In this document: positions 48,954 through 59,499 of the stretch, in pieces
Layout: each line of letters begins with the position of its first letter
Numbering within the stretch: the stretch's first letter is position 1
From: Parcubacteria group bacterium 21-54-25
Lineage (GTDB): Bacteria; Patescibacteriota; Minisyncoccia; Phycocordibacterales; Phycocordibacteraceae
Direction of reading: 5' to 3'
DNA: 64,000 bases
Assembly: GCA_002255585.1 (NCBI GenBank)
Contig: NCBJ01000003.1
Span: 21,571 to 85,570 of the forward strand
Made by a program: the position numbers and the translations under genes
The notes under the pieces: model-generated
Seen by the model: only the letters and a program-made list of their open reading frames with translations
What the model was told of the DNA's origin: nothing
Databases searched by the model: none

Positions 48954-50311
48954 ACCACCAGATTAGCGCTACGACCACAGCGGGACTAATGCTCGGGATA
49001 CTCTCGTTCTTCGTAGTCCAAGCTAGCGCCGGGGTTTGTCCTCCGATTGGCAACGACAGTGGTTGTGGCGTTGTCATCAATGTGACAAACACCGGCGGGG
49101 CTCTTTCATTTAATCAGAACCAGGGACCTTATGACGGCATTGACGACACCTTGGTGGGGATCACCAATAACAGCAGTCAATCGCTCCATGATATCGGCTT
49201 GGCATCCACTAACTCCATTTTCGGCTTCGACTTTGACGGCATCGATGCCTATGGATCGCAGGGTAACCCTTCCGACGCAAACGGATATGGCGGCCCCAAC
49301 GCCTACTACTCCCACATCAACGCTACGCAAACATCAGGAACGGTAAATTTTGTGAGCCCGATACCTCCTGGCGGGGTGGGGTATTTTTCGTTAGAGAACG
49401 CGTTAACGGCTCCGACGCCCTGTCAGCAGATTGTCAATAACGCCGTCTCCGGACCGATCCTCGGTGGCCGACTTGGCAGCTTCCTTGCTGAACCGACCGA
49501 CATCGGGAGTAGCTTTACACCGAACCTCGGTCTCGGCCTCTCTCAAGCCGCCGCAGATTGCGGCTTTACGAACTTTGACTGGGTGCAGACCATTACAAAT
49601 GAGCCAGATCCGAGCCCCTTCTATGCAGTCAATGCTCAGGATCCGTCCTCGCCTATCCACATGACGAACGCGCGTACCCCCTTCAACGATCCACCCCCCG
49701 GTGGCTATACGTATTGTCTGCCGAGCTTTGGCTACACCTGTAACGATGCGCCTTTTTATTACAGCGTGACTGCTCCAAGCACAAACGGGTTTGCGCTGCA
49801 AAATCATGAGACGACGAACGTACTTTCCTTCTTCGACGCCCCCAAAGATCCGTGTTTAGGAATCCAGGGCCTATTGCTAGCTGAGTGTGATTACAGCATG
49901 GCTCCAATAGGCAGCAAGGAAGCATTCACGACCGATCTGGCTGGGGTACTTCCAGACGGTTCTGCCCTTGATCTAGGAATAGGCTTTAGCTGGACAGATG
50001 ATTTCAACGATATTAGTGGAGGGATCGCGACTACGTTGAATAACATGCCGGTCGATCCGGGTAGCGGAACTGGTGGAATCACCGTTACCCATATACAGCC
50101 CACTACGGATTACCAGTTTCAGCTACCTCCCGTAACCGTGACGACTGTCAACGGGGTTCCGACGGTGGCCGAGCCGCCGACTCTTTGCCTAGTTGCGCTA
50201 GGGCTGCTCCTGATGTGGGGGATGAGTACCGCTCACCTGCGTCACCAGCGGCTGCGGTCTTCCCAAACCGCTTTGTGGCCGCGGCACTCAGGATCGGATA
50301 GGCAATGCTGA
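48950..50311 (+). CDS. Secreted protein with an N-terminal signal peptide and a PEP-CTERM-like C-terminal sorting signal
   Basis: MNHQISATTTAGLMLGILSFFVVQASAG signal. The C-terminus VAEPPTLCLVALGLLLMWG plus an R/H-rich tail resembles a PEP-CTERM variant. Confidence 0.5.
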   Translation: MNHQISATTTAGLMLGILSFFVVQASAGVCPPIGNDSGCGVVINVTNTGGALSFNQNQGPYDGIDDTLVGITNNSSQSLHDIGLASTNSIFGFDFDGIDAYGSQGNPSDANGYGGPNAYYSHINATQTSGTVNFVSPIPPGGVGYFSLENALTAPTPCQQIVNNAVSGPILGGRLGSFLAEPTDIGSSFTPNLGLGLSQAAADCGFTNFDWVQTITNEPDPSPFYAVNAQDPSSPIHMTNARTPFNDPPPGGYTYCLPSFGYTCNDAPFYYSVTAPSTNGFALQNHETTNVLSFFDAPKDPCLGIQGLLLAECDYSMAPIGSKEAFTTDLAGVLPDGSALDLGIGFSWTDDFNDISGGIATTLNNMPVDPGSGTGGITVTHIQPTTDYQFQLPPVTVTTVNGVPTVAEPPTLCLVALGLLLMWGMSTAHLRHQRLRSSQTALWPRHSGSDRQC

Positions 50312-50732
50312 TGATAAACGCAAGGACGAGGCCGACGGCTGCGTGTGGCCCGGGTGCTATCGGGACAGCTAAGCTGATAATGCCCCAAAACCCGCCAAGC
50401 ACGCCAAGCAACATAAGGATGCCCGCTGCAGCGGTGATAAGGCGTGGAGGCACGTATTTATAGTAGCAGATCCAGGCGACAAGTACTTTGACACGCACCG
50501 CGCACGAGTGGGTCCATCCTCGATGGAGATCCCGCTACACCGACGACCAGATCTGGCAGTATGCGCGGATAATTGGCATAGAAAGCGTGACGCGCAACCC
50601 CCCTTTCGCAGGTACTCTACGTAAACATTCGATACGCTCCGTACGTCTATAACAGGGGATATAATATAGGAGTCGTTTCGCGATAGCGCCACCCCCTCTC
50701 CAAGAGCCAGTGGGTATCAAGCTCAAGCACTA

Positions 50733-51207
50733 TTGGCGAACGGAACCAACAGCTGTATCGTTCCGGTGGTCCCTGCCAAAATTAATAACAGGTATCAATT
50801 TACCTTTACGGCACAACCAAACAAGTTGTACTGGGTTGACCCCACAATCGCAACCGGCTACGACTATCAGGTTCTGTCCGGGCCGAACTTCGCTTCGGTC
50901 GTATTGCCATACGAAGGGGGCGGTTTATACAACCTATCGCTGTTCGATTCAATGAGCGCTACCTACATATTTGACACCACCGTTACGGCCGGCATTTTAC
51001 AGCGCTCCGGGAACTGCTGTTCCGGAGCCAAATTCATTTGCTTTGGTGGGTCTCGGACTGGCGATCTTATTCATGTATAGGCGCCGTCGCCATCGACGTG
51101 CTCGCCTTGCCAATCAGAAGGGAGACGGTCCAGGTACCAGCGCTCCTCCGGAGGAACAGGACGTATGGTGGTACTCCCCGAGAAGGGGCTCTTTTGTTGG
51201 CCAGTGA
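50733..51207 (+). pseudogene. Frameshifted PEP-CTERM protein. The body is in one frame and a canonical VPEP-TM-RRRRHRR anchor in another.
   Basis: The frame starting at 50733 encodes 115 aa. The frame starting at 50971 encodes AVPEPNSFALVGLGLAILFMYRRRRHRR. Confidence 0.4.
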
Positions 51208-52010
51208 GTGAAGCCGGTGCACATTGGGTCAGTGCACTCATAGCCAATGAGTAGAAGGGTGACTGTTGGAGTTGATGCGCAAGCAGACATCTGACCGATC
51301 TCTTTGGTCCAACGAACGGTCTGATTCTTGAGGTCTATGAAAAGGGTATAGTTGTCGCTGCCGCAGTCAGCGACACAGGTTGGCAAGGATTGTTCGCCAC
51401 CAGTACCATGCGCAACCACGGTCGTTTTGCTCCAGCTATCGATCGTAAACGAACCAAGGGATACGTGTGCGCTCAAGGGCTCAGGAGGCGTACTCGCACC
51501 AGGTTGCAGATACGTTGTGGTGGTGGACACATACGCAATGTCTATGTCACAGGTCATTGAGGTCTTCCAGCACCATACCTGGGCCACGTTGTCCTCGGGT
51601 TGCCAGCCTCCGGCCCAGTCAACCGTTTTCTCGGCGACAAATGCGCCCGATGCATATAGCTCCACTACTCCCGGCCCGAGATCATGATAATAGACGCCAT
51701 TGCCGGGTGAGGTTTCCTGAGGCGTCCCGTTGTCGAAGATGAAATCGTAAGGAGGAAGTTCTATCAAATGTGCCGTGCCTCTGATAGAGGAAGCGATGTT
51801 CGTATTGGGCGTTCTCTGTGAATTAATGTTTGTGTTTTTGCCGTTTCGGAAGACCGGAGTGGAAGAGCTGACGGGTGTCGTTGTTGAGGCGGCATCGGTT
51901 CGGTGCGGATATGCGGACGAGTACCGCAGCAATACTGTCCCCACCACAACAACTACAAGCAGTGCGAGCGCAATAGCAAGTGCAACGAGCCAACTTCTCT
52001 GGGCGGGCAT
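51114..52010 (-). CDS. Membrane-anchored secreted/surface protein (N-terminal TM, Thr/Ser-rich, several Cys)
   Basis: LVALAIALALLVVVVVGTVLL anchor, 298 aa, no recognised domain. Confidence 0.45.
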   Translation of the reverse strand: MPAQRSWLVALAIALALLVVVVVGTVLLRYSSAYPHRTDAASTTTPVSSSTPVFRNGKNTNINSQRTPNTNIASSIRGTAHLIELPPYDFIFDNGTPQETSPGNGVYYHDLGPGVVELYASGAFVAEKTVDWAGGWQPEDNVAQVWCWKTSMTCDIDIAYVSTTTTYLQPGASTPPEPLSAHVSLGSFTIDSWSKTTVVAHGTGGEQSLPTCVADCGSDNYTLFIDLKNQTVRWTKEIGQMSACASTPTVTLLLIGYECTDPMCTGFTHWPTKEPLLGEYHHTSCSSGGALVPGPSPF

Positions 52011-52595
52011 AGAATTCGTGATGGACGTACACCAAGCGTACCATTCCGGGAAACACGGTCAAGGCGACCGTGGTGGATAGATCGGGAAGAAAAAAGGGTG
52101 CTTACGTACGTTTGTGTCCCCACGCTGGTTCTGAAGAGCGATCCGCCCCGGTTATCGTGAAGGGACTCTGCGAGCCAAGAACCGGAGCTTCGGCTTCACA
52201 ACGCGCCTCTCACCCGGCAGGCTACCACTCTTTGTTCGCAGCCTCGGCGGACGTAAAGTACCGCCTAAGCTTGGTGACGAGTTTGTCGAGTGTTTGACGA
52301 CCGGTTCGAGGGTTGTCTCGTTGTACTGCACCAGTAGCCCAAAGCGGCAGGTTTTCCGCCGAGACGCATGTAGTCCCGTAGGTGCGGGCTATATTTTGTC
52401 TGCGGGAGCTGGCACGTCCGGTAGAAAACAACCCCATCCCATGGAGACTCGAACGCCACAATCGCTCGCTCGTGCCTATCAAACAGCGGGGACTTGTAGA
52501 AACTGCCACGTGTTGTAGGTTATGCAGTATGAGGAAAGCTCGGACAGCCTCTCGTCGAAGTTTGACCAACCTAGCGCAGCCATCATTAGGAAACT

Positions 52596-53282
52596 TTGGT
52601 ATACGGATTCTGTAAAGCAATGAACGATAACGATCTCAGTCAATATTATAAGGACATCATTGAAGGCAATTTTCGCTTCCTGAGAAGCGGGGATGGCGAG
52701 TCCATCCTCAACGCGGCTCTGGAACTTGCAAACGCAGTCTCGGAGAAATTCCGGGACCATGTGCGGTCACCGAAGGACTATATGGAGGAACCGGAGGGGC
52801 TATACCTCACCCTTTTCCACTCGCCTTACAGCTACGGCCTCATAAAGGACCTGTTTACGGGCGATCTCTCAGGGTGCTACTGCAAGCTACGAATCATGCT
52901 TGAAGGTCTGGCCTACTGCTGCGAAATCAAGAGTCGGGGAAAGCCGGAGCCCGGGATGAACTATGAGAAGCTCCTTCATTACGTCGAGTCAAAACGTCAA
53001 TCCAGAGATTCAACCACGAAGGTGATGAAGAAGCTCGACAATAACTTTCATCTGAAAGGCTGCGCGTCCTTCGCGCACCTATGGAGGGAGACTTCCAATG
53101 ACTATCTGCACCCCGCGGGACCAGTGAGGAGATTCGTGTCCAGCATGGACGATAGGGGCACCATCCCGGTTGGCGCTCTTATTCTCCCGGCGCAATACGT
53201 GTCAGCGGACTTGGGCGATCTACAGACCCTGGGTTTGTACCTGAGCGCGTTTCGACGACTGCTCGATGTTGTGATGCCTTGA
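52596..53282 (+). CDS. Hypothetical protein
   Basis: 228-aa ORF with normal composition and no recognised motif. Confidence 0.35.
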   Translation: MVYGFCKAMNDNDLSQYYKDIIEGNFRFLRSGDGESILNAALELANAVSEKFRDHVRSPKDYMEEPEGLYLTLFHSPYSYGLIKDLFTGDLSGCYCKLRIMLEGLAYCCEIKSRGKPEPGMNYEKLLHYVESKRQSRDSTTKVMKKLDNNFHLKGCASFAHLWRETSNDYLHPAGPVRRFVSSMDDRGTIPVGALILPAQYVSADLGDLQTLGLYLSAFRRLLDVVMP

Positions 53283-54426
53283 TCCGTGATGCGTGCTCGG
53301 TGTCTATGAGATCAAATAGAGAAGCGTCTAGAGGACTGTGGATTGTTCACGGTCTGGAGATCCAGCCGGATCGGGAGCGCTGGGGGGATGGAGGGGATCC
53401 CATCGCACCTACGACCCAAACGGATCCAGAGGATCAAGATTCGCGGGCCGGATTGGCGTGGTTACTCCCTTTGTTGTGGTCCGCGGTGCAACGCCGGATG
53501 AAAGGACGTAATAACCTGCGCAACCCCGCGCAGGGTGCAGGTCAGTTCTCCCTAGATCCTTCCAATCGTAGAGATCCAACGCGAACATACACATCCAGGG
53601 ACCTTGATTGCCGGCCTGATACCACACGTATTCATATCGTAACCAATGCTGGTTCACGGTAATTCGATCCTAAAGCTATTCCGTGCGGCTGAAAAGTACG
53701 ATAGCCATGAGCCTCAGTTTTTGCTCAGGTTAACCGCCCCGGAGTCTCCAGGTGCAAAACGGGGTCGCGAATACCGTCCACGCCGCCAAGGCAGGGAAGT
53801 GTCAGAATTGCGATATTTGCCGATATGGGAAACTATGCCAGTCTCGATGATTCGGTGCGCCGGCGGTACCTTCTATGAATGCTTATTAGTGACGCAGATC
53901 TCGAGGAATTCAGGAGGCGTTACAAAGCGGAATTCGGCGTAGCGTTGTTTCAGGCGGATGCCAGTGAAGCGGCCCACAATCTAGTCGAGCTCTACTTGCT
54001 CCTGTCTCAACCGCTACCGAGCGAACGGGGGACGCGCGCTACGCCGCACGCAGCAGATCGCGATCCTCCATCTGGGCCGTAATCTCGTTCACTTGCTCGA
54101 GCGTCGTTAGGAATTCGGAATCACGCTTGCGGTAAAGGGTGCGAACGGCATTGAGGCCCGCCCGCCCGAAGTATTTAGTATCGGCAGACCCGGACACATA
54201 GAAACCCAGCTCCTTGCGACTATGCCGGATCGCGAGCATAATTCTTCGATGGAGACACCCTCATTTAGAAGTCCATCCGAGGCTGCATTTGAAGCATTCG
54301 AGGCACTCGTAAGAGACGATGCTTTGCTTGAAACCGAAGACAAGTCGGGAGTTTTGGCGGATGTGAGATCGGACGACCCCGCGAAACTTTTGAGTCTTCA
54401 GGCGGCCATGGCCGCCAAAGCGCGAC

Positions 54427-55175
54427 ATGAAAATAAAGACATTAAAGATAAGTAGTGTTCGCGGCATTCCTCGGGAGTGGCCTACGTTAGACGTGGGTGA
54501 AAAAGGAATGGTCATCTACGGCCCAAACGGCGTTGGTAAAAGTTCCGTAATAGACGCAGTCGAGTTTGCTCTTACAGGCGCCTCGTCATTATTTCCTGAG
54601 ACCCGCTCGGTGTAAATTGGGATTCGGCCTCACCACACATTTCTCACGGCGATGGCTATGTAGTCATTGGTCTTCAAGATGGATCGAGCCTGGAAAATAT
54701 CGACACACGCAAGGCCCGTTCCGAACAGGACGCGCTTGCCGCGGCTTGGTTAGATCTCGCCGAACAACCGAACTTCGTTCTTCGGCGCCACATGCTGCTC
54801 CGGTTCATCCAGGAGCAGCCGCGTGGACGTTATGACTTGCTTGCGCCATTTTGTAATCTCGGGAAATTTGCTGCTTTTGAGTTTGCTCTGAAAACGGTCT
54901 CTGACCGAGCGGAAAGCGATCGTGTTAATCGTGTTTCCGAAAAGGATTCTCAGGAGCAGAGGGCCCGACGAGTATTCAGGATGGCGCCCGACCAATCTGT
55001 AGAAGAAAGCGCACTGCTTGCGAAACTTAACGCAACGCTTGCTCAGGTTGATTTGAAGAGCAGCTCGATGGACGATCTTGAAACTCGGTCTAAAGAGATT
55101 GCCGACCGATTGGGTGGCAGCGATAGATCTAGCCGCATCGCCAATTTGGGCGGTTTGAAGGGGCAGGGCGACTAG
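54427..55175 (+). pseudogene. Decayed SMC/RecF/OLD-type AAA ATPase gene. The Walker A-bearing N-terminus (62 aa) is followed by stops and frameshifts.
   Basis: MKIKTLKISSVRGIPREWPTLDVGEKGMVIYGPNGVGKSSVIDAVEFALTG then a stop. Coiled-coil-like continuation lies in two other frames (54566..54835, 54792..55175). Confidence 0.45.
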
Positions 55176-55218
55176 TGCTTCTGGTTACGCTATTAATTTT
55201 GATTGTTCAAATTGCGAC

Positions 55219-55626
55219 GTGGAGACTTCTTGGCGTCCTGTGTCAGCCACTACCAACACCACGTCAGCACCCTCCGGCGGCTTCGTTCCGGTATTCGTTG
55301 CCGCACCACAGCAGACACCATCTGCGGCACCTGGCCCTACGTCTTCGGCCCGCACTCTCTCGCCACAGTCTTCATTACTGCCCACGCCGTCTCTTTCTGG
55401 ATCAGTGTTGTATATTCCCAGGTATAGTACATTTAGGACACGGCGTGTCCTAAATGGTGGTGCGCCGTCCAGTGCGTCTATTACTCCCACTGCATCTACC
55501 ACTCCCACGACATCTGTGACCAGCACTTCTTCTTCTGCGCACACAGCACTGTCTCTAGTAGCTCTGGGCGCGTTCGTTCTCGTTGCGCTCGTGGCGCTGT
55601 TCTTCCTGCTCCGCTACCTACTCTGA
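55219..55626 (+). CDS. Ser/Thr/Pro-rich low-complexity surface protein with a C-terminal TM anchor
   Basis: TSS/TPT-rich sequence ending in LSLVALGAFVLVALVALFFLLRYLL. Confidence 0.35.
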   Translation: METSWRPVSATTNTTSAPSGGFVPVFVAAPQQTPSAAPGPTSSARTLSPQSSLLPTPSLSGSVLYIPRYSTFRTRRVLNGGAPSSASITPTASTTPTTSVTSTSSSAHTALSLVALGAFVLVALVALFFLLRYLL

Positions 55627-55739
55627 TTGCATCTTAAAATAGCTTTTAGGCTATCCACAGCCTCCATCTGTGTTGCCTGTTCACGAACGCGCCGTATGCT
55701 ACAATACTCATATTGCTATAAACATGAGAATATATTCAT

Positions 55740-56240
55740 ATGCACAATAGACATCTATCGACAAAAGAAACTTGGCTCGCACTGTTGGTAGGAGTTTTGA
55801 CGGGCGCAGTGCTGTTCGTTATTGCAATCCTACAGGTACGCTTCGGTATTTCGCCATTCCCTAAACTTCCAGCACTCGCGTTTGCTAGCACGCTGCTCGG
55901 TGCGCCGCAGCCGCCTCTCGTGGGGCTACTGTTTCATCTGGTCTATGTGACTTTCTGGAGCTACATCTTTGTAGCGTTCTTTCGTTCGCGTAGTTTCCTG
56001 AACGCCCTGTGGCTTGCGCTTGCGCTTGCGATCTTGGTATTTATTATTTTCTTCCCCTACATTGGTTGGGGTTTCTTTGGCCTTGCTATTGGCAAAAAGC
56101 TCATCGTGGGTGCTCTTGTTTCGCACCTGCTTTTTGCCATCGTGCTGTGGCTACTTGTTCGCCTATTCTTCGGGCGCGACAATGTGTCGACGCCGACTAT
56201 TCACGCAGATGAAACACCCGCCCCACAAGTCGTATCGTAA
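55740..56240 (+). CDS. Integral membrane protein (4-5 TM)
   Basis: 166-aa hydrophobic protein. Confidence 0.5.
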   Translation: MHNRHLSTKETWLALLVGVLTGAVLFVIAILQVRFGISPFPKLPALAFASTLLGAPQPPLVGLLFHLVYVTFWSYIFVAFFRSRSFLNALWLALALAILVFIIFFPYIGWGFFGLAIGKKLIVGALVSHLLFAIVLWLLVRLFFGRDNVSTPTIHADETPAPQVVS

Positions 56241-56520
56241 GATACGCTGTACACAGACGCTGGTACAGCGCGCGCGCGTGCTTGCGCTATCGGGCGACGA
56301 GACGCGCATTCGTATTCTTTGCTTCTTATCCGAATATCACGAGGCGTGCGTTTCGGACATCGCTGAAAGTTTGGAGACGTCAATTAATACGGTTTCGCAC
56401 CACCTGCGGATGATGCGCGACAACGGCCTTCTCGCCTCTGAGCGCACCGGCACGCGTATCTGCTACAAACTTGTTCCGAATGACTTTGTCGAGCAGGTGT
56501 GCCATGCTATTTGTGTATAG
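56209..56520 (+). CDS. ArsR/SmtB-family transcriptional regulator
   Basis: RILCFLSEYHEACVSDIAESLETSINTVSHHLRMMRDNGLL HTH. The start is moved to the ATG at 56209. Confidence 0.75.
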   Translation: MKHPPHKSYRKIRCTQTLVQRARVLALSGDETRIRILCFLSEYHEACVSDIAESLETSINTVSHHLRMMRDNGLLASERTGTRICYKLVPNDFVEQVCHAICV

Positions 56521-56557
56521 TGATGCGCATTACCCATTAATCCAAACCAATACTCGT

Positions 56558-57013
56558 ATGACAAAACGTATATTCACGGTCGGTATCATCACCAGCATCG
56601 CAATGGCGATGATTGAAATGATTTATGAAGGACTTTTCGGTGTTGGGTTTTGGTCGGCACCAGTCTTTATCGCTGCAGTTCTGTTGCGAAATCTCCAGGC
56701 GGTGGCGCTCCCGGTTCCGTTTGGCGTGGTGCCAGTCGTTGTTGGTCTCATGGGCCACATGATGAATTCCATTATTTTTACGTTCGTGTTCATGGTGTTT
56801 ATTGCTAAGCGATTTACATCACGCGCCACGGCGATAACGGGAGGTATCGTCTATGCGCTCATGATCTTCTTCATCATGTGGTTCTTGGTGCTCCCCGCAA
56901 TTGATCCCGTAATGCTTAACCTGAATCCGTACGTCTTTGCCTTTGCGCATATTGTGTGGGGTACGGTTCTTGGTCTCATGGCGCGCATTGCGGTCACTTC
57001 GAAGAGTGCATAA
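56558..57013 (+). CDS. Integral membrane protein (4 TM)
   Basis: Hydrophobic 151-aa protein. The start is moved to the ATG at 56558. Confidence 0.5.
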   Translation: MTKRIFTVGIITSIAMAMIEMIYEGLFGVGFWSAPVFIAAVLLRNLQAVALPVPFGVVPVVVGLMGHMMNSIIFTFVFMVFIAKRFTSRATAITGGIVYALMIFFIMWFLVLPAIDPVMLNLNPYVFAFAHIVWGTVLGLMARIAVTSKSA

Positions 57014-57026
57014 TTTCTAGCGCGGT

Positions 57027-57308
57027 ATGAAAGCGTCATGGAATAACAGGATTATTGCCGAAAGCAACGACACGCGGATCGTTGAGAACAATCACTACTT
57101 CCCATCGGAGTCTGTGCACAGGGAATATCTGAAGAAAAGCAAGGACACGTACACCTGTCCCTGGAAAGGGTTGGCCGAATATTATGACGTGACGGTCGAT
57201 GGAGAAACAGTAACGAATGGCGCGTTTAGTTACCCCGACCCAACGCCAGCTGCAAAAGAAATTCAAGGACGCTTCGCGTTTTGGAATGGTGTAGACGTAG
57301 CACCATGA
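57027..57308 (+). CDS. DUF427-family small protein
   Basis: NHYFPSESVHREYL...YTCPWKGLAEYYDVTVDGE...FSYPDPTPAAKEIQGRFAFWNGV matches the conserved DUF427 pattern. Confidence 0.6.
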   Translation: MKASWNNRIIAESNDTRIVENNHYFPSESVHREYLKKSKDTYTCPWKGLAEYYDVTVDGETVTNGAFSYPDPTPAAKEIQGRFAFWNGVDVAP

Positions 57309-57871
57309 GCAAGACGCACGACGCCGCTGGTACGAAACACCCACGCGGCCGACGTGTTTTGTCGATGCGCCGAGTCCGCACACTGCTTCGCGCCGGGAGG
57401 GATGTATTTGGTCGTCCAGCGTACTTTGGCATTGCCGTTGTGGGCGCGTTGATATTTTTCGGTCTATACCTGTTTGTGCCTGTGTGGTTGGTGCCGAGCA
57501 ACACAGTCACTTTTGAGCTGTTGAACATAACGCCGTTACAATACGGCCTCCTCTCTCTACTTGCGCTCATGACGGGTATGCTCGTTTCGTTTGAAGTGTT
57601 CGCTTTTCGATCTACTCGTACACAAAAATTGCGAGCGGCGGGTGAAGGCGGTGTTGGGTTGGTGGCTTCTCTTTTCGGCGGCATTATCGCTGCTGCTTCG
57701 TGCGGATGTGGCATCGGCATCTTGCTCGGTGTCGTTGGTTTTGGGGGCGGCGCACTGTTCGTGGCGGAAAACCAAACCAGCATTGTTCTCGTCATGCTCG
57801 GCGTGGTTGCCATTGGAGTATATTTCTCTGCAACGCGCGCTGCAGGACTGTGTGCTACGTGCCGTGTATGA
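57305..57871 (+). CDS. Integral membrane protein, translationally coupled to the neighbouring genes (ATGA overlaps at both ends)
   Basis: 4-5 hydrophobic helices and a CGCG motif (AASCGCGIGI). Confidence 0.5.
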   Translation: MSKTHDAAGTKHPRGRRVLSMRRVRTLLRAGRDVFGRPAYFGIAVVGALIFFGLYLFVPVWLVPSNTVTFELLNITPLQYGLLSLLALMTGMLVSFEVFAFRSTRTQKLRAAGEGGVGLVASLFGGIIAAASCGCGIGILLGVVGFGGGALFVAENQTSIVLVMLGVVAIGVYFSATRAAGLCATCRV

Positions 57872-59298
57872 ATGCAAAACGTACCCAGGATCTATACGAT
57901 GTCATTGTGCTCGGGGCGGGTTCTGGTGGACTTAATATCGCATCATTTATAAATCGTGTTGGGCTGCGCGTGCTATTGGTTGATCGATCGGCCGAAGCAA
58001 TTGGCGGCGATTGTCTTAATTACGGCTGCGTTCCCTCAAAAGCACTTATCCACGTCGCGCGTGAAGTGGCTGCCGCTCGGCGCGCAACGCGTTTCGGCCT
58101 CTCTGTTTCTAGCGCAGTGGACATGGCAGCGGTACGCGCGTATGTCCGCGAGAAACAAGACGTATTTCGTGCCAACGAGAATCCAGACTATTTGCGCAGT
58201 ACCGGCGTCACGGTTGCGCTTGGTGCGGCAGCTTTTGTCGGTCCGGACACGGTACGAGTGGGGGACACACACTATCGCGGCAAGCATATCGTGATTGCGA
58301 CGGGTTCGCGCCCGCGGCCGTACACGCTTCCGGGTGCTGAAAATATGGTAATTCACTCAAATGAAACCATATTCGATATTGAAACTATTCCCGATACGTT
58401 AGTACTTATCGGCGGAGGACCTATTTCGCTTGAAATCGGCCAAGCGTTCCACATGCTCGGTTCGAACGTACATGTCATACAGACAGGACCTGAAATACTC
58501 GGGAAAGAGGATCCCGTCGTTGCGATGCGTTTACGGGAAAAGATGTCAGCAGACGGCATGATATTCCATTTGAATACCAAGCCGGTGCGTGTCGAGAAAG
58601 GCAACGCGCTTGTTGTTTCGAACAACGGTGCCGAAGAAATCATTCCTTTCGATGCACTTTTTGCGGCGGTTGGGAGAATCCCTAACATCGATGCGCTCAA
58701 CCTCGAAGCCGCGCACGTTATGGTGAAGGACGGGAAAATTGTCTCAGACGCCTTTCTCCGTACCACCAACCATCGTGTGTATGTCTGCGGGGACGCGGTA
58801 GGTGGCTATCAGTTTACGCACGCAGCGGAGCTCCATGCGAGCGTGTTACTGCGCAACTTCTTCGCACCATTTCGACAGCGGGTAGGGTATGCGGGTATAT
58901 CCTGGGTTACGTACACGGACCCCGAGCTCGCTACATTTGGCGCATCTGAGCAGGAACTCACGAAAGCGGGGGTAAACCATTCAGTCATAGAGACCTCATT
59001 TACCGAAGACGATCGAGCGATACTCGATGAGTATGAACAAGGGCTGGTACGATTATTCATCTCTTCGAAAGGACTTCTTCTTGGCGGTACCATGCTTGCG
59101 CCAAATGCTGGTGAGCTCGTACAGGAACTGACGCTAGCCATGGCGCAAGGTATCCCACTCACGGCTCTTTCAGAGAAGGTATACCCGTACCCAACCGCCG
59201 GTCGCATGAATCGACGGACTGCGCTTTTGCTCCGCGCGCAGAAACTCTCGCCCTTTGCAAAGAAAGTGTTGCGTACTATCTTTTCGTTTCGCTCGTGA
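57868..59298 (+). CDS. FAD-dependent pyridine nucleotide-disulfide oxidoreductase (dihydrolipoamide dehydrogenase/MerA-like class I flavoprotein disulfide reductase)
   Basis: YDVIVLGAGSGGLNIA (FAD GxGxxG), redox-active GGDCLNYGCVPSK (CxxxxC), NAD-binding and dimerisation regions. No C-terminal Cys pair. Confidence 0.8.
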   Translation: MNAKRTQDLYDVIVLGAGSGGLNIASFINRVGLRVLLVDRSAEAIGGDCLNYGCVPSKALIHVAREVAAARRATRFGLSVSSAVDMAAVRAYVREKQDVFRANENPDYLRSTGVTVALGAAAFVGPDTVRVGDTHYRGKHIVIATGSRPRPYTLPGAENMVIHSNETIFDIETIPDTLVLIGGGPISLEIGQAFHMLGSNVHVIQTGPEILGKEDPVVAMRLREKMSADGMIFHLNTKPVRVEKGNALVVSNNGAEEIIPFDALFAAVGRIPNIDALNLEAAHVMVKDGKIVSDAFLRTTNHRVYVCGDAVGGYQFTHAAELHASVLLRNFFAPFRQRVGYAGISWVTYTDPELATFGASEQELTKAGVNHSVIETSFTEDDRAILDEYEQGLVRLFISSKGLLLGGTMLAPNAGELVQELTLAMAQGIPLTALSEKVYPYPTAGRMNRRTALLLRAQKLSPFAKKVLRTIFSFRS

Positions 59299-59499
59299 TG
59301 TTGCGAAAACACCTGTGGATATTGGAGCACTTGCGTATTGTGCGAGGAGCTGTTAGACTCCATGTACCAGAGTAAGATTGAGTGGCGGGGGGAGTGTCTG
59401 GGGGTTAAGGAAAATTTATTATGAGCGTCTGAGAAAGCGCGAGGCGCTCTTGTCGTCGTTGGTACGCGTATATTATTTCTTATTTTCACATCACCTCAC

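Noticed and set aside
52011-52595. ORF-poor 585-bp interval with overlapping short ORFs on both strands. I considered an RNase P RNA, tmRNA or group II intron domain.
   Set aside because: I could not match any conserved motif (no GGUUCGA tmRNA end, no RNase P CR-I/V boxes, no domain V). It is left as unexplained intergenic sequence.
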